From: Candidatus Babelota bacterium
GTDB lineage: Bacteria > Babelota > Babeliae > Babelales > Vermiphilaceae
DNA length: 32,000 bases
NCBI GenBank assembly: GCA_039809905.1
Contig: JBDHVY010000001.1
Coordinates: 240,001-272,000 of the forward strand
Reading direction: 5' to 3'
Every line of letters starts with the position of its first letter. Within the stretch, counting starts at the first letter, position 1. The position numbers were made by a program, and so were the translations under genes. The notes under the pieces are model-generated. The model was not told the DNA's origin. It searched no databases and saw only the letters and a list, made by a program, of their open reading frames with translations. Below, one piece after another: positions 28,451 to 32,000 of this stretch.

Positions 28451-29974
28451 ATGAAGCTTATTTATAATCCTCTTATAGTTTTCTTTTTACTTACAACATC
28501 AAATTTTTTACATTCATATGAATTTTATTCGACTCATCCTACAGCAAAAATAGAATTACCCGATAATTTTTCTCAACCCAAAAAAAATTATTTAGATAAC
28601 TTACATTTTAAAGCAAAACATCTAAAAAATATGATTCAACGGAACACAACCCCATTGCCTCATAATCATATACACCCAATAATATCTAAACAATAGGATC
28701 CGATACCATATATTGATCCTTCTTCCATAATCAATTATGCATCAATTTCAATAAAATCAGAACGCAACAAAACACTTAATCGGTTTATTGAGAATGATCC
28801 GGCAATACATACATTCTCTTTAAAAAAGTACTCTTTATCCAATCTTAGTGAAGAATATTTAACATTTAACAATATCGAAATTAGTTCTCTAGAATCTTGT
28901 CAAGGCAATATCCTACAACAAACAATTCATCAAGAATTTATAGTATTAACAGATGCAACAGCTCATCTTTGGAATCAAAAATTTTCCTCCAACGAAGTTA
29001 AAGGCCTAACAGCCGTGATTGGTAACTTTATCGCTTCAGGAATCTCATTTAATCAAAAAGATGAGATTAAAAAAGCACTTACTTTAGCTGATGCAGGATG
29101 GGCAATATTTGATTGCATTTTGGCTGCAGGTGAAGGAGCTATTGATGGAATAACCACAGTAGTAAACGATATAACCCACCCTATTCAAACTGTTCAAAAT
29201 TTTGCTCGTGCTACAATTTCTTGCGGATACTATCTTGGTATCGCTTTACAAGAAATAGGTTGTGTAACAACCTCTCTTATCGGTGGTGATTTTGATATAG
29301 CACACAATAAATACGCACTATGGCAAAAACATTTTAAAAATATTACCTGGGAACTTAATGAATATAGCAAAACATTAACTGCACGCGATGCCATAAAAAC
29401 AATAACTTCCTCACTTATTCAATGCTATGCAACAACACGCGCAGTAAATGGTTTTAGCTCTCTTTTTAATAAGGCTCATCAAAGTGCTATTTCAATAGCA
29501 AAGAAAATAGGCGATGGTATTGAAGAAAGTCATTTATTGATGTCTGCAGAAGGCATTCCTCTTCGTATTGCTCAAGAGACAATTAAACAAATAACCCAAA
29601 TTCCTTCAAAAAAAATTCCTTGCGCTCGAGATAAACTATTACAAGTACTTGCCACATTCAAAAACCAAAAGATACAAGTAGGAAATGTGACATGCTTACT
29701 GGATAAAGATGGCCTAAAACATATTCTTGAACGACATCACCCTTTGTATTGGAATGGAACAATGACAACAAAAAAACAAACTTTTTTTCATAAAAACATA
29801 TCGATTGATGAAATAACTGATATTATTAAACAAGTTATCAAACAAAATAAAAAATTAATTATCAAACAAGGCATAATGAACGGTCAAATAGATGGTATTA
29901 TCAACAACATTCGATACCGAGTAGGCTTTCAAAATGGACGAATAGGACAATTTTATATTCCTACAGTACAGTAA
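28451..29974 (+). pseudogene. Candidate exported polymorphic toxin with C-terminal EndoU-like nuclease domain, frame interrupted by one TAG
   Basis: ORFs 28451..28696 (leader MKLIYNPLIVFFLLTTSNFLHSYEF) and 29015..29974 are in the same frame (offset 564 nt), and the span 28697..29014 read by hand has no stop. Only interruption is TAG 28694..28696. C-terminus LLDKDGLKHILERHHPLYWNGTMTTKKQTFFHKNISIDEITDIIKQVIKQ...GIINNIRYRVGFQNGRIGQFYIP resembles bacterial EndoU (PF14436) layout. Confidence 0.65.
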
Positions 29975-29998
29975 ATAGAGAATAATGAAAGTTTTTTT

Positions 29999-30526
29999 AT
30001 GAGCTTCACTATTAAGTCGTATCTAAAACACACACATAGAGATATTCGTAATCTGAACGATGTTGAAAAAAGACCTTTATACTATTTTATTGACATCAAC
30101 AATACAAAAGAAATTTTACTTATAAAAAACAATTTGGATCACTATTATATTTATGGCGCCATATGTTTAACATATAATCAGCAAATAATTATGGACTTTA
30201 CTTATTATGATCTTATTGATCAATTATGGGGATATTTTTTAAATATGATTGAAGAATTCTTAGAAAAGAAAAAATCAGAAATGTCTTTCCCTGACCAACC
30301 TCTACCAATATCTATGCACAAATTATCTGATGAATACATTCTTTTTTCAGTAGGATTTGCTGAATGGACTCTACCAAAATATGAATTTTTTAATGCTCTG
30401 CTCACAGGAGCTAAAGACTTTTTTGAAAAAATGATGTTATTAGTTGAGGAAAATAACAATTATCACATCTATGCTTTAAAAAAAATAAAAAACCTAGAAA
30501 ACAAAATTTCGGATTTAAAAAGATAA
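29999..30526 (+). CDS. Candidate immunity protein for the adjacent toxin, unknown family
   Basis: 175 aa, no leader, starts 25 nt after the toxin stop, soluble and acidic/aromatic-rich (MDFTYYDLIDQLWGYFLNMIEEFLEKKKSEMSFPDQPLPISMHKLSDEYILFSVG). Role inferred from position and character. Confidence 0.55.
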   Translation: MSFTIKSYLKHTHRDIRNLNDVEKRPLYYFIDINNTKEILLIKNNLDHYYIYGAICLTYNQQIIMDFTYYDLIDQLWGYFLNMIEEFLEKKKSEMSFPDQPLPISMHKLSDEYILFSVGFAEWTLPKYEFFNALLTGAKDFFEKMMLLVEENNNYHIYALKKIKNLENKISDLKR

Positions 30527-30600
30527 TGTTCACTGTAAAATCCTATATCAAATATCCGAAAAAAATATTTATAACCTTAATTTAGAAATTTAATAAAATC

Positions 30601-31044
30601 ATGAAAAATATATTTAAACTTCCCGCATACGTTGGCATTATTCTCAAAAAAGAAAATCAGATTTTACTCGTACAACGTCATAACACTGATTGGGCCTCCG
30701 GTTATTGGAATTTTCCCGGCGGATTGCTTGAAGAAAATGAAACATTAACAACTGCAGCTGCACGTGAAACCGCTGAAGAAATTGGAGTGAGTGTTAATCC
30801 TACTGATTTTATTTTTTCTCATGTTTTACACATTCGTGCAAATAACAAGAATACACAGGATATCATCGGATTTTACTTCATCGCAGAACAATGGAATGGC
30901 ACTATAGAAAATAAAGAGCCACATCGTCATAGCGATGTGGCTTGGTTTGACTTGAATAATTTACCAACAGATATTACGGAACATGCATTGCTGGCAATAG
31001 AAAGCATCAAAACTCATAAACAATATTTTGAAAATGGCTGGTAA
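30601..31044 (+). CDS. NUDIX hydrolase
   Basis: 147 aa; Nudix box GGLLEENETLTTAAARETAEEIGV. Confidence 0.95.
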   Translation: MKNIFKLPAYVGIILKKENQILLVQRHNTDWASGYWNFPGGLLEENETLTTAAARETAEEIGVSVNPTDFIFSHVLHIRANNKNTQDIIGFYFIAEQWNGTIENKEPHRHSDVAWFDLNNLPTDITEHALLAIESIKTHKQYFENGW

Positions 31045-31521
31045 TTATAAACCGCTTTCTTCAATATCTCGTAATGCATCTTGCATGCCAACAAAACTTT
31101 TAACCTTAACCCATTTGCCTGGTTCTGTGCTTTTGTAATTTTCAAAAAAGTGTTTGATCATGTTTTTGGTAGCATCATCAAGATCTGCCAAATCATTGAT
31201 ATTGGCATAAAAAGGATCAACTTTTTTGGTTGGGACAGCAATAATTTTGTTATCAATTCCCGCTTCATCTTCCATTTCAAGCATGCCAATCACGCGTGAA
31301 GGAATAAATGAACCTGCTTGAACTGGATATGATGAAATAACCATTACATCAACCGGATCACCATCTTTTGCAAGCGTATTTGGAATATAACCATAATTAA
31401 ATGGATATGCCATAGCAGTATACATAAAGCGGTCTACCACCAGCATTCCTGTTTCTTTTTCTACCTCGTACTTAATCATCGAATTTTTAGGGATTTCAAT
31501 CAAAACATTGATTTGTTGCAT
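31045..31521 (-). CDS. ppa: Inorganic pyrophosphatase
   Basis: 158 aa; IEIPKNSMIKYEVEKETG, YPFNYGYIPNTLAKDGDPVDVMV, DDATKNMIKHFFENYKSTEPGKWVKV. Confidence 0.95.
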   Translation of the reverse strand: MQQINVLIEIPKNSMIKYEVEKETGMLVVDRFMYTAMAYPFNYGYIPNTLAKDGDPVDVMVISSYPVQAGSFIPSRVIGMLEMEDEAGIDNKIIAVPTKKVDPFYANINDLADLDDATKNMIKHFFENYKSTEPGKWVKVKSFVGMQDALRDIEESGL

Positions 31522-31613
31522 AAATTACCTTTGAAAACATAATTATATTTGAAACTTATAATAAGTTTACCAAAGAAAACAGCTTCTATCTATAGCATGA
31601 AAGTATAAGATCA

Positions 31614-32000
31614 TTATAGTTTTTTCATAAGCAACAAAATCATTGCTCCAAAACTGAGCATAGCCGCATACGTTAACCCTATAGTCGGCGATCCATAAGA
31701 CCATAAAAGACCTACTATAACGCTAGAAATCAAATCGCCAACCCCGTCAAGAGAATGCAATATGCCAAACCCTACTCCACGCATAGGTTCTGGTAGCATA
31801 AAAGATGCCTGTGCTTTTTCCAATACTTTCACGGTACCCGCGCTTAATCCAGCACATCCAAAGAAAAGTAACCAAAACCATAATGATGCAGTATTGACCA
31901 TAAAACCAAGTGCGGTAATACCAAAGCCACCAAAACCAAGCACTGCAAGTAATGTGGTACGATTACCATAATCGCTCAGCGTTCCAATACCAAACTCACT
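31614..32000 (-). CDS. MFS transporter, C-terminal part (start beyond right edge)
   Basis: Frame is open from 31943 to 32000: ...SEFGIGTLSDYGNRTTLLAVLGFGGFGITALGFMV...; hydrophobic helices and LPEPMRGVGFGILHSLDGVGDLISSVIVGLLW typical of MFS. Confidence 0.75.
   Translation of the reverse strand, partial: SEFGIGTLSDYGNRTTLLAVLGFGGFGITALGFMVNTASLWFWLLFFGCAGLSAGTVKVLEKAQASFMLPEPMRGVGFGILHSLDGVGDLISSVIVGLLWSYGSPTIGLTYAAMLSFGAMILLLMKKL

Noticed and set aside
14158-29974. Alternative genetic code or general stop-codon reassignment
   Set aside because: TAA and TAG act as normal terminators at the ends of other conserved genes here, and housekeeping genes contain no internal stops. Two interrupted exported genes do not justify a code change.
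31042-31047. NUDIX and ppa stop codons abut exactly (TAA 31042..31044 on +, TAA 31045..31047 on -)
   Set aside because: Notable compactness, but convergent abutting genes are common in small genomes.
1-32000. CRISPR array, rRNA, tRNA, integrase or transposase
   Set aside because: No regularly spaced repeats, no recognisable cloverleaf or rRNA sequence, and no recombinase motifs seen by eye. A tRNAscan-SE/Infernal run would be needed to exclude small RNAs firmly.

Overview
The gene content (many short leader-bearing proteins, an ankyrin-repeat protein, a WD40-like protein, TPR-glycosyltransferases, a compact AT-rich layout) suggests a host-associated bacterium, plausibly Candidatus Dependentiae (TM6). 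That lineage assignment is inference; no 16S or marker search was possible. Housekeeping genes: NhaC-type antiporter, Xaa-Pro aminopeptidase, recR, yidC, a MerR-type regulator, murC, the ffh-rpsP-khpA-trmD-rplS block (no rimM seen), hflX, a UvrD/PcrA helicase, a class I methyltransferase, a NUDIX hydrolase, ppa, and an MFS transporter cut by the right edge. Most notable accessory items: (1) 28451..30526, a candidate exported polymorphic toxin with an EndoU-like C-terminus and an adjacent candidate immunity gene; the toxin frame is interrupted by one in-frame TAG. (2) A divergent pair of candidate host-directed proteins, ankyrin repeats plus a C-terminal C3HC4 RING-like motif (9634..11595, -) and WD40-like with an N-terminal Skp1/BTB-like segment (11781..14144, +). 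(3) A cluster of two TPR-glycosyltransferase paralogues and a DUF6165-like protein, all with apparent signal peptides. (4) A leader-bearing choline-kinase/APH-like gene running off the left edge, absent from the ORF track. (5) A second leader-bearing gene (14158..14946, -) interrupted by one in-frame TAA. (6) Short palindromic repeats, one of which resembles a segment inside the linker-coding region of the UvrD/PcrA gene. All family assignments are from reading the sequence, with no database search.
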